From the human T2T-CHM13v2.0 reference genome, Homo sapiens: a stretch of DNA of 64,000 nt. Where the stretch lies: NCBI RefSeq assembly GCF_009914755.1, contig NC_060936.1; one strand, given 5' to 3'. Made by a program: the position numbers and the translations under genes. Below are positions 29,932 through 49,249 of this stretch, piece after piece. Positions within the stretch are counted from its first letter, which is position 1. Every line of letters begins with the position of its first letter. The notes beneath the pieces were generated by a model that had not been told where the DNA came from, did no database searches, and saw only the letters and a program-made list of their open reading frames with translations.

Positions 29932-30506
29932 TAATATACGATTAGGTGGCTTCAGAATCTCATCATGAACTTTTCTCTACTTGAAAAAAAAATTCTGCAA
30001 CTCTGAAAACTAAAAATAACAACTTTTAACCTGAGCTCAAAGAGAAATTACCTAAGAATACTAAATTACTAGGTGATAGAATTGAATAAAGTTCAAACGT
30101 AAACAAGCAATATTAGCTGAAGACATGTGACTCGTTTGGGGCAGATATGAAATGTAGTTTTAAGGGAACGATTTGTTTCCTAAAGGAAACAAATTTTATA
30201 AACAATTTTTATCAGTGTTCTTTAAAAAGTATTTTCTTTTTCTAGATTTCCTTTCCAAAGATAAATAAAAATAATATTTTGTCAAATGATACTTTCTTCT
30301 GCATAATTAATCTGTCTCTTTCCAATGCTCCACATTCCCTGATGACATCGAAGTCAGGATGTTTCACATCATATGTTTGTGGAAGAATTTTGAATGCCAC
30401 AATAACTGATTGTGAAATGGCAAGAAATATTGAGAAAAACAGGGCATATTAAAAACAACTTCCTAATTCAAAGTTTGCAGTTGGGTAATCATTTGTTCTG
30501 AAATAG

Positions 30507-30990
<484 letters not shown>

Positions 30991-31384
30991 TAGGTTCTTG
31001 TGCATTATCCTTACTCCATTTGGAAAGCCTTAGGCACTATGCTCATCTTTTAGAGATACTCTTTTAAAATCTAATAAAGAGGATCATGAAGAGAACTGCA
31101 GATTTGCAGTGTTGCATTCTGTGGAGATATGTGAAGCTGGAGGAATTGGAAGAAATAGATGGCTGACCTCTTGCAAATGAAGAGGATCCTAGAGTCCACA
31201 GAAAGATTCGCCAGGATGTGTAACAACGTATCTCATTGCTAGGCCCTGCTGCAAAACTGCATCCTCATGTAATATGACTGCATCATAAATGGGGAGGGGA
31301 GAAGAAATATGAAAACTACCCAAGAGAGACCCAAAAGGCCATATGAAATGTTATAAATGATGTAGATTAACAAAAAGGTAGAGA

Positions 31385-32085
31385 AATATGTCAAAAGCAA
31401 CCACAGTTAGAAAGGTTATTATTAGAAAGACAAAAAATAACAGATGCTGATGAGGATACAGAGAAAAGAGAACGCTTATACACTGTTGGTAAGAATGTAA
31501 ATTAGTTTATCTACTGTGGAAAATGGTATGAAGCTTTCCAAAAAAAAAACTAAAAGTAGAATGACCATATAAACCAACAATCCTACTACTGGGTATTTTC
31601 CAAAGGAAAGGAAATCAGTATATCAAAGGGATATCTGCAGTCCCATGTTTATTACAGCACTATTCACAATAGTCAAGACATGGAATCACCTAAGTGTCCA
31701 TCAATGAACAAATAAAATGTGGTGCATATACACAATGGAATACTACTCAGCCATTAAAAAAGAGTAAAATCGTGTCATTTGTAGCAACATGGATGGAACT
31801 GGAAGTCATTATGGTAAGCGAAATAAGCCAAACACAGAAAAAAAAAAACCCAGAAAAACAAATATTGCATGTTCTCACTCATACGTGAGAGCTAAAAAAA
31901 AAGTTGATCTCATGGAGGAAGAGAGTACTCATAGAATGATAGATATCAGAAGATGGCAGGGGGTGGGAAGGGTGTAGGTGGAGGAAGAGAGGTTGGTTAA
32001 TGAGTACAAACATACAGTTAGATAGAAGCGATAAAGTCTACTGTTCATAGCAGAGTAGGGTGATTATAGTTAACAACAATGTAGG
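31385..32085 (+). mobile_element. L1MA 3' region fragment
   Basis: ATWMELEVIMVSEISQTQK peptide and 3'UTR motifs. Confidence 0.75.
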
Positions 32086-32361
32086 CTATATATATATATT
32101 TTGTTTGTTTGTTTGTTTTTGTTTTTGTTTTTTGAGACAGAGAAAAGTATATCAAAAACGAAGATGGTCTATAAAATCTACCATTTTTATTCCCTAAATT
32201 ATCAATATCATTTTTACACATGCCTTATTACATATGTGCTGTGAATACATCCACCATAACTCATGTTTTGATGTGTAAATACATGAGTGTAAACAGGCAA
32301 TTCCCCTAAATAAAACCTAATATACAGAAATCTAAATTAACAAATAAAAAAGATTATTTAT

Positions 32362-33103
<742 letters not shown>

Positions 33104-33870
33104 CTAATCTTGAATTCACCTTTGGATGTCCAATGCATGGCACAGTCTCCAGCACACTGTGAGAGAGCTCAATGTGTGAGAAACTGATGAGTCAAGTTTC
33201 CTTCCCTCTCTGAACCGCCAGGATGTGAGATCATTAGGACACTCTGTGTCAATTGTCTGATGACAATTGACAGTGACTCAAACAGGCAGAAGAGCAGCAC
33301 TAGGCATAAAAAGAAGAAGCTAAAACCTCCACGAGGAGGGAGGGTAGGAGATAGACTTATAGAAAAAATAATATTACATCTTACATTTGTATTTGTACAG
33401 TTTTCAACGTGCTTTGTTTCTCACTGTTTGAAGTATGAGCTATTTACTATATAAACCCCGCAATTCAGATAGAAAAGAAGAAAATGCAACACTTTCACTG
33501 TAGAGTGTTATGTGCTACTGAAAGAGAAAAATCACAGTTTAACTTTTTCTACAAGTAGACTGAAGGTTTGTACGTATTATGGAATCTGATAAACAACTAG
33601 TTTAATATTTACGCATTGACTATTTTTCAAGAAAAATATATGACTCAAAATAAAATCAGCAATTAGCTGCTAGATAATTTTTGTTGTGATGAATGTACTG
33701 TCACTCTCTAAATGGCTTTTTTTCCTCTAAGAGTGGAATTTTAAAAGTCTGGCAACACAACCTAGGAACTGGGTAACCCACACAGTGAAAATTTCCCCGA
33801 ATCTCAACAAGAAATGGATTTATTCAGTTGAACGTTGCTTTAGACACTAAGCCTCTGGCAAGCAACTTAC

Positions 33871-33942
33871 CTTAAAAGTCCCCACCACCTCTTTTGATCC
33901 TCCTTCTCCGGTACACTCTGCGGAGCATCCGTTACTGCAATC
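33871..33942 (-). CDS. BCAT1: BCAT1 coding exon 2 ([24 protein letters not shown]), 72 nt
   Basis: Manual translation matches the BCAT1 N-terminal region. Acceptor ttcttctttaag|, donor AAG|GTAAGT. Confidence 0.96.
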
Positions 33943-34019
33943 CTTAAAGAAGAATTAAACCACCATTAAGTAAATGCAGGTGGGTAAGCGGGACCCGGGG
34001 TAACCTACGTGACGCTCAC

Positions 34020-34022
34020 CAT
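34020..34022 (-). CDS. BCAT1: BCAT1 alternative first exon whose coding part is a single ATG (gives MDCSNG...)
   Basis: Minus strand reads ATCATG|GTGAGC (strong donor). A 77-nt intron (34019-33943) leads to the acceptor of the next exon, in frame. Consistent with the recalled MDCSNG-starting isoform. Confidence 0.7.
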
Positions 34023-35003
34023 GATACCGTGCGCTCCTCTCCAGGACCCAGGCAAACACAAAAAAGGAGGCTCAGACAACCAAGCACCCAGGCCCGAACC
34101 TCCAACAAGCGTGTCTTGGGAGCGCTGCCCTGCACTTCCCACCCTGCCGGGGTCGCGGCGGTTTTTGTCCTCCTCCGCCGGCTCAGGGAAGACTGGTTAA
34201 ATTCCAGGTCAGCCCTACAGAGCCAGGGTTCGCCGGCAAAGAACAAAAAAACAATTGTCTCCCTTATATCCGAGCAAATAGTCTAGACTGGGGTGTTAAG
34301 CCATTTATAGAAAAATCTCCAGGGCGCGCTCAGCCTCGTGGTCTTGTCAATCACAGACGCACAATAGCAAGCCTGCAAAGGGAACGGGGACGGGCGTGAA
34401 CCATTTCCTCCACCAGCAGGGTCCTCCGATGCCGCAGCATCCACCCCACACCTTAAACCTCATGGTATTAGTGGGCAATTTAAAAGATAAAGACACAGGG
34501 AAGCGGGACTAATTGGGAAAACCTGCAGACATTTGTTTTAATGCGTAATCTGCTAAATAACTACGGGGGTGGGGGTGGGGAAGGAAGAGATCCAAGGAGG
34601 CAGAAGGCTGCGGTCAAAATATTTTGGGGTGGCAGAGTCACGTAGGATGTGGCTGTGGGTTCTGGCAGCCCAGAGATTCAGCTCCCGCCTCCTCCCTCAG
34701 AGCGAGTCCATAGCTACCCTCACGTCCCCCGTGGCGGTCCTCGCCACGCTCCGGAGCGGGTTACCCATGAGGGTGCTAGACCTGGGCAGCGGGAACCTCG
34801 AAGAGGTGGAGATTGCAGGCTGGGACTCCAGATTTCGGGCAGGGATGCGGGGAAGGGAAGACGCCTCGCTGGAGGCGGAATGGAGGGCAAGGCGAAGGAG
34901 GATGGTGCAGGAAACGGCGACAAGGCGCCCGGCCAGGCCCGCGAGCTACCGAGACCCGGGTTCCAATCCTCCCCCCTTCCGCAAACGCCCGGGTTCGAGG
35001 TAC

Positions 35004-35045
35004 CTGGCGGGCAAGGGCCGCAGCGGAGCGAAGCGGGCTGGCCAT
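35004..35045 (-). CDS. BCAT1: BCAT1 alternative first coding exon (MASPLRSAAALARQ), from the CpG-island promoter
   Basis: ATG at 35045-35043, then 14 codons and donor CAG|GTACCT. Phase 0 joins in frame to DCSNGC... Matches the recalled N-terminus of a long BCAT1 isoform. Confidence 0.88.
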
Positions 35046-36215
35046 GGGGAGGCTGCGGGGACGCGAGGCTGCAGAGAGCGGCAGTGGCACGGAGCGCGCG
35101 GCTGGAAGCGAAAGCAGGCGGTGTGGCCAAGCCCCGGCGCACGGCCCATAGGGCGCTGGGTACCACGACCTGGGGCCGCGCGCCAGGGCCAGGCGCAGGG
35201 TACGACGCAACCCCTCCAGCATCCCTTGGGGAGGAGCCTCCAACCGTCTCGTCCCAGTCTGTCTGCAGTCGCTAAAACCGAAGCGGTTGTCCCTGTCACC
35301 GGGGTCGCTTGCGGAGGCCCGAGAATGCGCGCCACGAACGAGCGCCTTTCCAAGCGCAGATATTTCGCGAGCATCCTTGTTTATTAAACAACCTCTAGGT
35401 GAATGGCCGGGAAGCGCCCCTCGGTCAAGGCTAAGGAAACCTCGGAGAAACTACATTAGGGCAGCTTTTCCACCGACTCCAAATCCAACTGACAAAAAGC
35501 AGTTTCTGCCCTCGAGAGTTTGCGGGCGGGGATTGACATTTGTGCGTCTGCTCTTGTCTGCCACTGACCGCTATGTGCAAACTGAAGGGGGAGAACGTGA
35601 ATCCAGCTTTTAGATTTCCCTGCGCCACCTACCCAAACCGAATTTGTAACTCGGGGTGTTATGGGGCTACCAGGCTCGCATTCCCTAAGGGCCATTTCTG
35701 CCCAAAGATCTCAATGCCTTTCATCGTTTTCAGGCAAAGCAGACCATCAAGAGCTCCAATCATACTGTTTTCATAGTTTTCCGATGTAGGCTCGTGATCG
35801 CAATATTTAGAAAGAGGACTGGAAAAGTGATGTTAGAAGTACTATTCGGTTTAGAAAGGGAAAGGAGGATTGGAATAGCTATTGTCTTATATGCAGTGTT
35901 CGCCTGGGGCAACGTCAGCCTAAATTATGAGCCTTCCTGGTTTTTAAATTAATAGGAAGTGGTAACTGGGGCTGACTTGATCTTGGAAAGAGGGGGAGGG
36001 CAGTTTATTCTGGGTGAAAGCGGTTAAATCCGGTTTGGTTTTTTAAATGGTTTCATACAACGCTACTGATAATATACTGTAGCTCTAATCTTATCAACTC
36101 AGAAAACCTACACTTTTCCTCTCCTTTATACAAGGCACAGAAAGGCCTCTTACGCTGGGGTGGGGTCCCAAGCTCCAAAGACCACAGAGTCCAGGCAGGT
36201 CACGTACCACCATAG

Positions 36216-36743
<528 letters not shown>

Positions 36744-38049
36744 TGAGCAGTAGGTACTTGCTACTCAAAAATCTGTCTAAAATAAAAACGGTGTATCTAT
36801 CCACCATGTTCGAAGCACTGGGCTAGTTGCTGGGGGAGGGTTGAGAGCATACCATCATCCTGTTATCATGCATTGCCCCCAGCCAGAGAGAAAAGTGTTA
36901 ATTGTGTTAGAAAGTGTTAAGGAATCCCACAGACAGATGTAAAATTATAACAAGTGCTGCCTGTGCTCTAAGAGCCTCTAATAATGGATTGTATTGACTC
37001 AGAAAGGCCTGGAAAGGCTTTCAGCAAGTGATCCTTGAGCAGAAATCTGAAAGATTAAAGAAATTTACTAAAGGAAGAAGGGATGAAGAGCACCTGGTAT
37101 GAAAGTGAGTTCCAGGACAAAAGAACTTCTCTGAGGAGGGCTGGAACAAAGGGCCAAAAGAGAGCCTGGGGCTGCGGTAGACAGAAGAGGATGGAGCTTG
37201 GGCTAGTGAGTAGCCAAAGGGCCAGCCAAGTAGTGCCTTAGGGAGAGCTAAAGAATAATTTTAAAAAGCAAAAATAAGGTAAAAGCCTGACTGTCATACA
37301 GGTATAAAATAAACTAAATTATAGAGTTTATTTAAATCATTTAATGAAGTTACCAGGCAGATATAAAAACTGGTTCAAAGAACAGGCATGTTTATAGGTC
37401 AGAAATATTGAAATGAATATGCAAATGAAATTGGCTTCTTCCACAGTAGGGGAGAGAAGTTAATTGAACCCTGACCTTCAGATTTTACTTGCATGACTGC
37501 ATGCAATAATTATTTTGCATTTCTATCAGTCATCTGTAAAATAACTCAAAAACAATGAAACAATGTAAGACCCAATGAAAGGGCCCATGGAATCAGAATC
37601 AGATAACCTTAAAGGTTTGCTCTAAATAATTCAGTTTTCCATTGAAGTACAAATTTTTCCCTACAGTACGGTAATATAATTTCTTCATTCAAGAAGTGCT
37701 ATTAGTCAGCAACAGCTGAAGTAAACCAGACATAGTAGTCACTGTACTTACTAGTTACACTAAGAAGCTGTAGCTTTAGCAGTTTTCAATTTAGCTTAAC
37801 CTAGGGGCAAGAGAAACCATTGAAAGGTTAAGGATTAGGTGGAGTATGCAGGAGCGGTGACAGAATTGAAGGTATTGGCTGCAGTTTGGAGATTGGAAGA
37901 GGGTCTGGGTGGAGAGGAATGGATTTTGAAGAAGCTATTACAGAACCCACATACGAGATGATCCTTTTAATAAGTCAGATTTGGCTGGTGGTTGGTAATA
38001 GAAGTGGAGAGAAACAGCCAGATTTCAGCAAGAATGGAGATAAGGTGGC

Positions 38050-38265
38050 AGCCTGGGCAACATGGCAAAACCCTGTCTCTGGTAAAAATACAAAAATTAG
38101 CCGGGCTCGGTGGCATGTGCCTGTAGTCCCAGCTACTCACGGGATTAAGGTGAGAGGATTACCTGAACTTGGTGAGGTTGAGGCTGCAGTGGGCCAGGAT
38201 CACACCACTGCACTTGCCTGGGTGACACAGTGAGACACCATCTCAAAAAAAAAGAAAAAGAAAAA
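38050..38265 (+). mobile_element. Alu, 5'-truncated
   Basis: End of left arm plus right arm. Confidence 0.85.
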
Positions 38266-39452
38266 TAGATGATATAAGGTGGGACAAGGATGAGAGAAGT
38301 GCCAAGGAGGCCTCCTTGGATCTGACTTGCTTATCTATTTGGTGATGTTCACTAAGAAAAAAGGAATGTTGAAAAAGAATGTGTTTGAGGGGATGAGGAG
38401 GAGTCTGGTTTGGGACCTATGATTTCTGAAGTGTCTCCAAGACTGGCTGTGAGAGATCTGCCTGTCTGAAGCTCAGAGAAGAGGTCTGGATTAGAGGTAT
38501 TATTGAATCATTGGCATAGAGGTGGTAACTGAAGCTATGGGTGCGAAAGAGAATCTCTATGTCAGTTTTCTCCGCTGTAAAATGAGACAATAGCAACACT
38601 TCATGTTTGTCAACTGGGATAGATGAGCATTAATATATGAAACTTATGTATATTACTTAGAACCATGCCTGATGTCAGCCATGCAGAATAGGTGAAAGAA
38701 CGGGCATGGCTCTGTTTCCATTAAACTGTATTTGAAAAACGGGACAGAGCAAATGTGGTCTGTGGACTGTAAGTTGCTTACTCCTGCTCTATGTAGTTGC
38801 TCTAGTAGAAACATAGCAGTTGTCCCTCAAATGCATCCAAGTGATGATCACCAATGTCTATCCATTCTTGCTCCAAATACCCTGACAGTTGCCATTTCTC
38901 CAACCATGTTATCCGCATCCTAGTACCAAACAGCTTCCAAGCAGCTCCTCTGACCCCAGCCTTGCTTCTCTTTAAGCCATTCTTAGCATGACAACCAGTG
39001 AAAATGTCTCAAACGCAAATCTGAAGACATCTCCTCTTGGTCAAAAAACCTTCAAGGCTTCACATCACCCATTTGACAAAATGATTGGCAAGCTCCCAGC
39101 CCATCCCAGATTCTGCCTTCTGCCTCTGACTCTCCAGCTCACCTTTTGCTAGGCTCTTTCTTTCTCTCTCCCCCCACACATTTAATTTATTTCAGTCCTT
39201 TCGGACATCAGGCCTTCTCACAGGTGCCCAAATACCTGTAACATTCCCTGCCTTTGCCAGGCACTGTCATCCTTCCTTGTTCAGTCCCTGTGCCATGTCC
39301 TTGGCAGGAACGTCTCTGAACCCTGTCTAGGCTACAGTGGGTTCCTCTGCTGTTTATTTACATACAATGCTTGCCATTTCAAAATAATGGTAATATTTTA
39401 TTCTAATCATTTGATTAATGCTCTTCTAATTTTATGATGGGAAGTTCATGTC

Positions 39453-40000
39453 TGTCAGGCCTCTGAGCCCAAGCTAATCCATCATATCCCCTGTGACCTG
39501 CACGTATACATCCAGATGGCCTGAAGCAACTGAAGATCAACAAAAGTGAAAATAGCAGGTTCCTGCCTTAACTGATGACATTCCACTGTTGTGATTTGTT
39601 CCTGCCCCACCCTAACCGATCAATTGACTTTGTGACAATACACCCTCCCTGCCCTTGCGATAATGTACTTTGTGATATTTCCCCACCCTTGTGAATGCAC
39701 TTTGTATGATACACCCTCCCCACCCTTGAGAAGGTACTTTGTAATATCCTTCCCTGCCCTTAAGGTACTTTGTAATATTCTCCTCGCCCTTGAGAATGTA
39801 CTTTGTAAGATCCATCCCCTGCCCACAAAAAATTGTTCCTACTCCACCGCCTATCCCAAACCTCTAAGAACTAATTATAATCCCACCACCCTTTGCTGAC
39901 TCTCTTTTCAGACTCGGCCCGCCTGTACCCAGGTGATTAAAAAGCTTTATTGCTCACACAAAGCCTGTTTGGTGGTCTCTTCACACGAACGCACATGACA
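39453..40000 (+). mobile_element. Solo HERV-H LTR (LTR7 family; B/C-like)
   Basis: Starts TGTCAGGCCTCTGAGCCCAAGC, ends GCCTGTTTGGTGGTCTCTTCACAC...TGACA. TSD ATGTC/ATGCC. Confidence 0.9.
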
Positions 40001-40481
40001 ATGCCTATATTATTCACCTAGCCATCCCACCTCACCCAGTGCCGGACATGCTGTGGAGAGTTAAAAATCTGTTGAACTGCAGCTCTCTAATATTTTAGAA
40101 AGCATGTACTTAATATACTTTGGAATTTTAACTGCCAAAGTTTAGAATATAATAGACTAACATGTTCTCAGGGTCCACTCCACTCCTAGATATGAGCTTC
40201 TTTTCTTCATAGAACTGCTCTCCCTCACCCTAAATCTTTCTTCTTCCTTTTTTCCTATTTTCTGCCTTCCTCTACTCGTTGTCTTCCCTTGTACAGTCAT
40301 AATAAGGACTTTATATGCATTGTGACTGTTCAAAGAGATTGGATCAATGCTTTCCAGTAGAACTTTCTGTGCTGATGGAAACGTTCTATATCTGCCAGGT
40401 AGCCACTAAGCCACATGTAGCTACTGAGCACTTCAAGTGTGGTTAGTGTGATTGAGAAACCGAATTTTTAATCTTGTTTCA

Positions 40482-40814
<333 letters not shown>

Positions 40815-41499
40815 TTAAAAATTTTTTCAAATGTAAATAGCTAACTACATGGGGCTACAGTCTGAGCACCGGTTTGGGCATTGAAGTCCCTTGGTTGAGA
40901 TTCGTTATCCTGGTTCTATCACTTATAAGCCCTATGACTTTTGGCAAATTACTAACCTCTTTTGAGTCTCATATTTAAACTCAGAGTAAGTAATGGGCAG
41001 TGACGACACTCAACATGAAGATATCTATAAAGGACTTAGCAGTACTTAGCACTTAGTAACTGCTCAGTACATGTTAGCTAGTGTTATATACCATGTTTTA
41101 ATTTTTTTAAGACCCATTTATTTTTCAGTTATATGTAGCCCTTGGATTACGGTATACTGATGATTAGGATATTATGTGAGAGAAACCTTAAAAATATACA
41201 TCTAGTGTTTCTAGGTTTTTGTTTGTTTAATAAAGTTTCTTTAAAAAAAATAAGGCCCAGTTTGGTTCAGAAAACAAACTGCACAGCTATTATTTACATG
41301 CTTCCTGGTTGGTATTGGGAAGACAATGACAGATGAGTATAATTCCTACCTGCCAAACCCTCCCCTTACTCCTGCCATGTCACGTCTCTGGAAAAGTGAG
41401 CCATAAAAAAATCTTGACAAAAGAATTCTCATTTGGGCTTATTCAATGCCAAGTCCCATTCAACGAAGTAAAATGAGCAATTCTATGTACTGTGTATGT

Positions 41500-42545
<1,046 letters not shown>

Positions 42546-42879
42546 ATGCAAACCTAACATGCTTATTTCATTATTTATTTAAAAACCTAATAATAATAAA
42601 TCATGCCCAAAAATAGGGATAAAAGGGTGAGATAAACATGAAATAAGTAATCCTTTAAAATATCTTTCTAACTATGGTTATTTTATTGTACCAGCCCTAG
42701 CTAAAGGCCCAGTATACACAAGGGCCAAGTAATCAGTAATGACAGTGATACAAATCCTTCTTTTAAAGTCTTCTTGATGATCAAAATTGTGTCACCCACT
42801 ATTTGTCAGTTCCGATGAAATCATTGTTGTTTTTTTAATCTCATGATATGGTTAATGGAGAACTTATAATAAGAACTGG

Positions 42880-43171
42880 GGCCAGGCACAGTGGCACACG
42901 CCTGTAATCCCAGCACTTTGGGAGGCCAAGGCGGCCGATCACCTGAGGTCAGGAGTTTGAGACCAGCCTGGCCAACATGGTAAAACCCTGTCTTTACTAA
43001 AAATACAAAAATTAGCTGGGCATGGTGGCGAGTGCCTGTAAACCCAGCTACTCAGGAGGCTGAGACATGAGAATTGTGTGAACCTGGGAGGTGGAGGTTG
43101 CAGTGAGCCAAGATCGCACTACTGACTCCAGCCTGGTGACAGAGTGAGACTGTCTTAAAAAAAAAAAAAAA
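42880..43171 (+). mobile_element. Alu
   Basis: Dimer. Confidence 0.9.
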
Positions 43172-44276
43172 TTGAAAAAATATTAGTTATCATGAAAAAC
43201 ATGACACATTTCCTTGTTTTACATTACTAATATTTTCATTATTATTCTGGCTTTATCCTTTTAAATTTTTATTTATGTTTGTTTAGAGTTTTTTTTGCAG
43301 ACATCTCTTAAAGCCAATGTCCCTTTTGCAAAGATTATCAGTTAACACCAGATGACATAATCTGTAACTCTCCTTAACCAGGCTCACACAGACCGCCACA
43401 AATCACAACCCTCTGGAAGAGAATGAATGCGCAGGGCTACACAGGCAACCCCCTGGGAGCAGGAGCTATGCCCTCCTCTCCCCTCAGGACCCTGCTCGAA
43501 GTTTGTGACAGCGTGGCAGGGTGACACACAGAATGAGCACATGCCAATCTATGTGAGTTAAATACAAATACAGTTTAATCTTTCCCACATGTTAGAGGAA
43601 AAATAAACATAAGTTCTTCTGACATTCCAGTGGAGTCTGTTGCATATCTCAATATATACACACCACGATGAAACTCACTCTGCGAGCAGACAAAGTGCAA
43701 ATTCCTGAGCTTAGTCTGTGGGCTCCTGCACTTGCTGAATCACCTGACTCCCTCTTCCCTCCCCACCCCTCGTCCTCATTTGCACTTCCCATCTTCTTCT
43801 GCACAGGGAGGAAACCCTAAGCGTGGCAAGCCTCTAGGTCATCTCCAGGTACCTTAAAAAGGAGTGACAGATGGACAGAGAGACAAACACATGAAGATTC
43901 TGGATAAAAAGATTAGGAATTTCATTTCCTGTGTGGAAAACAATTAAGCTTATAATTTTGCGTTTTACAGAAACAGAATCACTTAACTTCTGAAAGGAGA
44001 AATTAATCCTAATTAAATGAGGCTGCTTTTTTAAAATCCAGATATTATATACTGGATTGCTTTGGAGAAAATTTTGTTTTATACCAGTACCTAAATAGCT
44101 TTTAAGAGTTCAGGTTAACCTATGCTGAGGAAATTAATAGCAAAAAGAAAAGGCCACAATCAAGACGGAAAGGATTTAAGTTTTATTAATGATTATTAAG
44201 TGCATTATTTATAGTAGAATCCACAACATATGCTCACGAAAATAAACCAGTTCTAGTAAATACATGATAAATATAA

Positions 44277-46436
<2,160 letters not shown>

Positions 46437-47172
46437 GGTGGATTATTTTATAAGCCATTGAACTAGTCTTGCAGTCGTGAGAACAGGCCGCTCCAATTAA
46501 ACGGTTAACAGTTATATCTCATTTCAGGCAGTGGTGTTGCTTCCACCAAAGTCAGGCCTCTATGAATCAAGCAATCAGATGTTTAATAAAAGGCATTTCC
46601 ATGAAAACAAAAGAAAAACAAAGATTAACATCTGGAGTTGTCTATAAACTAATTTTCCTAGAGTCTCTGAAGTAGCTTCAGATTGCAGTGGCAATCTTAC
46701 AGATATTTCTGGATTATAGTTTGAATCAGGTGTTCAAGTAAACCTTCTGAGTAATCCATACATCAGCTGACATGAACACTGCTCATATATTAAGTTGCTG
46801 TCATTATTTCTTCCAAAGTTTATATCAAGTTGTCTAGCTAAAGCCTGCAGGGCTTGGTGATTCCAAGACAGAAAAATGGTAGAAAAATTAGGAAACATTA
46901 GTTTGGAGACTTGTACCCAGGAAGGAATTCAGGATTCAGCCCAAATTGTAGGCAAATAACAAAAACTCAAAAAAACAATTATCAAGACTAGAATCTAATA
47001 ACAAGTATGGTATAATTTTCTTCTGAAATATAATTTTCTCTTCTACAGTCATCCCAACTTTTACCCACAAAGATAATAATAATAAAACTAATTTATTTGC
47101 AAAGTCAGTTTAGTCTCTGGCATGATTATCTGCTTAAAGTGCAGTAAGAATGGTGATTTATCATGAAGGCTC

Positions 47173-48222
<1,050 letters not shown>

Positions 48223-48565
48223 CTCTTGAAGCAATGAAGCCAAGCCAAAGATTCGCCATCAGACTGTGCCTGTAAAACCTGTATGAATTGGGTGAATTGC
48301 TCTCTTTTCAACGTCTCCAAAATATCTTGAGGTCCCTGGGCCTGTCAGAAAGTGACATTCTTTACTTATTGCAAAGTTAGAAACGCTATAAAGGAATTGT
48401 GTGGGCAAGGTACCAGGTGTGTCTTTTTCCAAGTCTACTGGCTGTATAAAGTCAACCTCAATCCCTCGAAGCAGTCCGGTTGCACTCAAAAAAAAGACAT
48501 TCCAGTCAAAGCCTTGGTAAAATAACCACTGTTTCCATGTGTCCAGTTACAAAAGAAAATAAGCT

Positions 48566-48892
48566 CTTTTTTTTGTTTGTTTGCTTTTTGTTTTTTTGTT
48601 TGTTTGTTTTGAGATAGAGTCTCGCTCTTGTCCCCTAGGCTGGAGCGCAGTGGTGCGATCTCGGCTCACTGCAACCTCTGCCACCCAAGGTTCAAGCTAT
48701 TCTCCTGCCTCAGCCTCCCGAGTAGCTGGGATTACAGGCGCCTGCCACCGCGCCTGGTTAATCTTTGTAGTTTTAGTAGAGACGGGGTTTCACCATCTTG
48801 GCCAGGCTGTTCTCAAACTCCTGACCTTGTGATCCACCGGCCTCGCCCTCCCAAGGTGCTGGGATTACAGGCATGAGCCACCACGCACAGCC
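48566..48892 (-). mobile_element. Alu
   Basis: Reverse dimer. Confidence 0.9.
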
Positions 48893-49249
48893 GAAAATAG
48901 GTTCTTATTGAACTTATGCAAATAACTATATTGCCAGAAAATAAGAACACTAATGAATAGTTTCCAATTTCTGAAGAATTCAGGTAGAAAGAAAGGTAAA
49001 TGTTTCCATTTTGCTCACAGAAGTATACTTTACCCCAATGCTGTAAGCTATAAATAGCTCAAAAGAAAAAAAATATTTTCTTGAGTCTGGAAAACAAAAC
49101 ATAAAAAAAATCAGTAATGTTTCAAACAAAAACCCTTTAAAATAGTAATTTCAATCCTTCATTCACTCAGTCCCATGTAATTCTCGTTCTCCTTGATGTT
49201 GGGTTAGCAATCTGCATGAATGCATCAGTTTTTCATTAGAGCTTTGGAC

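Larger units (their letters stand above)
33980..35700 (-). promoter_or_regulatory. BCAT1: CpG island / internal (second) BCAT1 promoter; core about 34680-35430
   Basis: Sharp rise in GC and CpG density in repeat-free sequence, enclosing both alternative first exons. Confidence 0.85.

Noticed and set aside
34565-34585. G-quadruplex near the promoter
   Set aside because: Only three long G-tracts; weak without a fourth.
34569-35387. 272-aa plus-strand ORF and other long overlapping ORFs in the CpG island
   Set aside because: Long ORFs occur in nearly all frames because GC-rich DNA is stop-poor. They are low-complexity R/G/A/P with no recognisable domain. Only the MASPLRSAAALARQ segment has splice support.
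39612-39899. Repeat-like peptides (ITKYLKG) and a spaced-repeat pattern that could suggest CRISPR
   Set aside because: Internal tandem repeats of LTR7 in eukaryotic DNA; the units are degenerate with no unique spacers.
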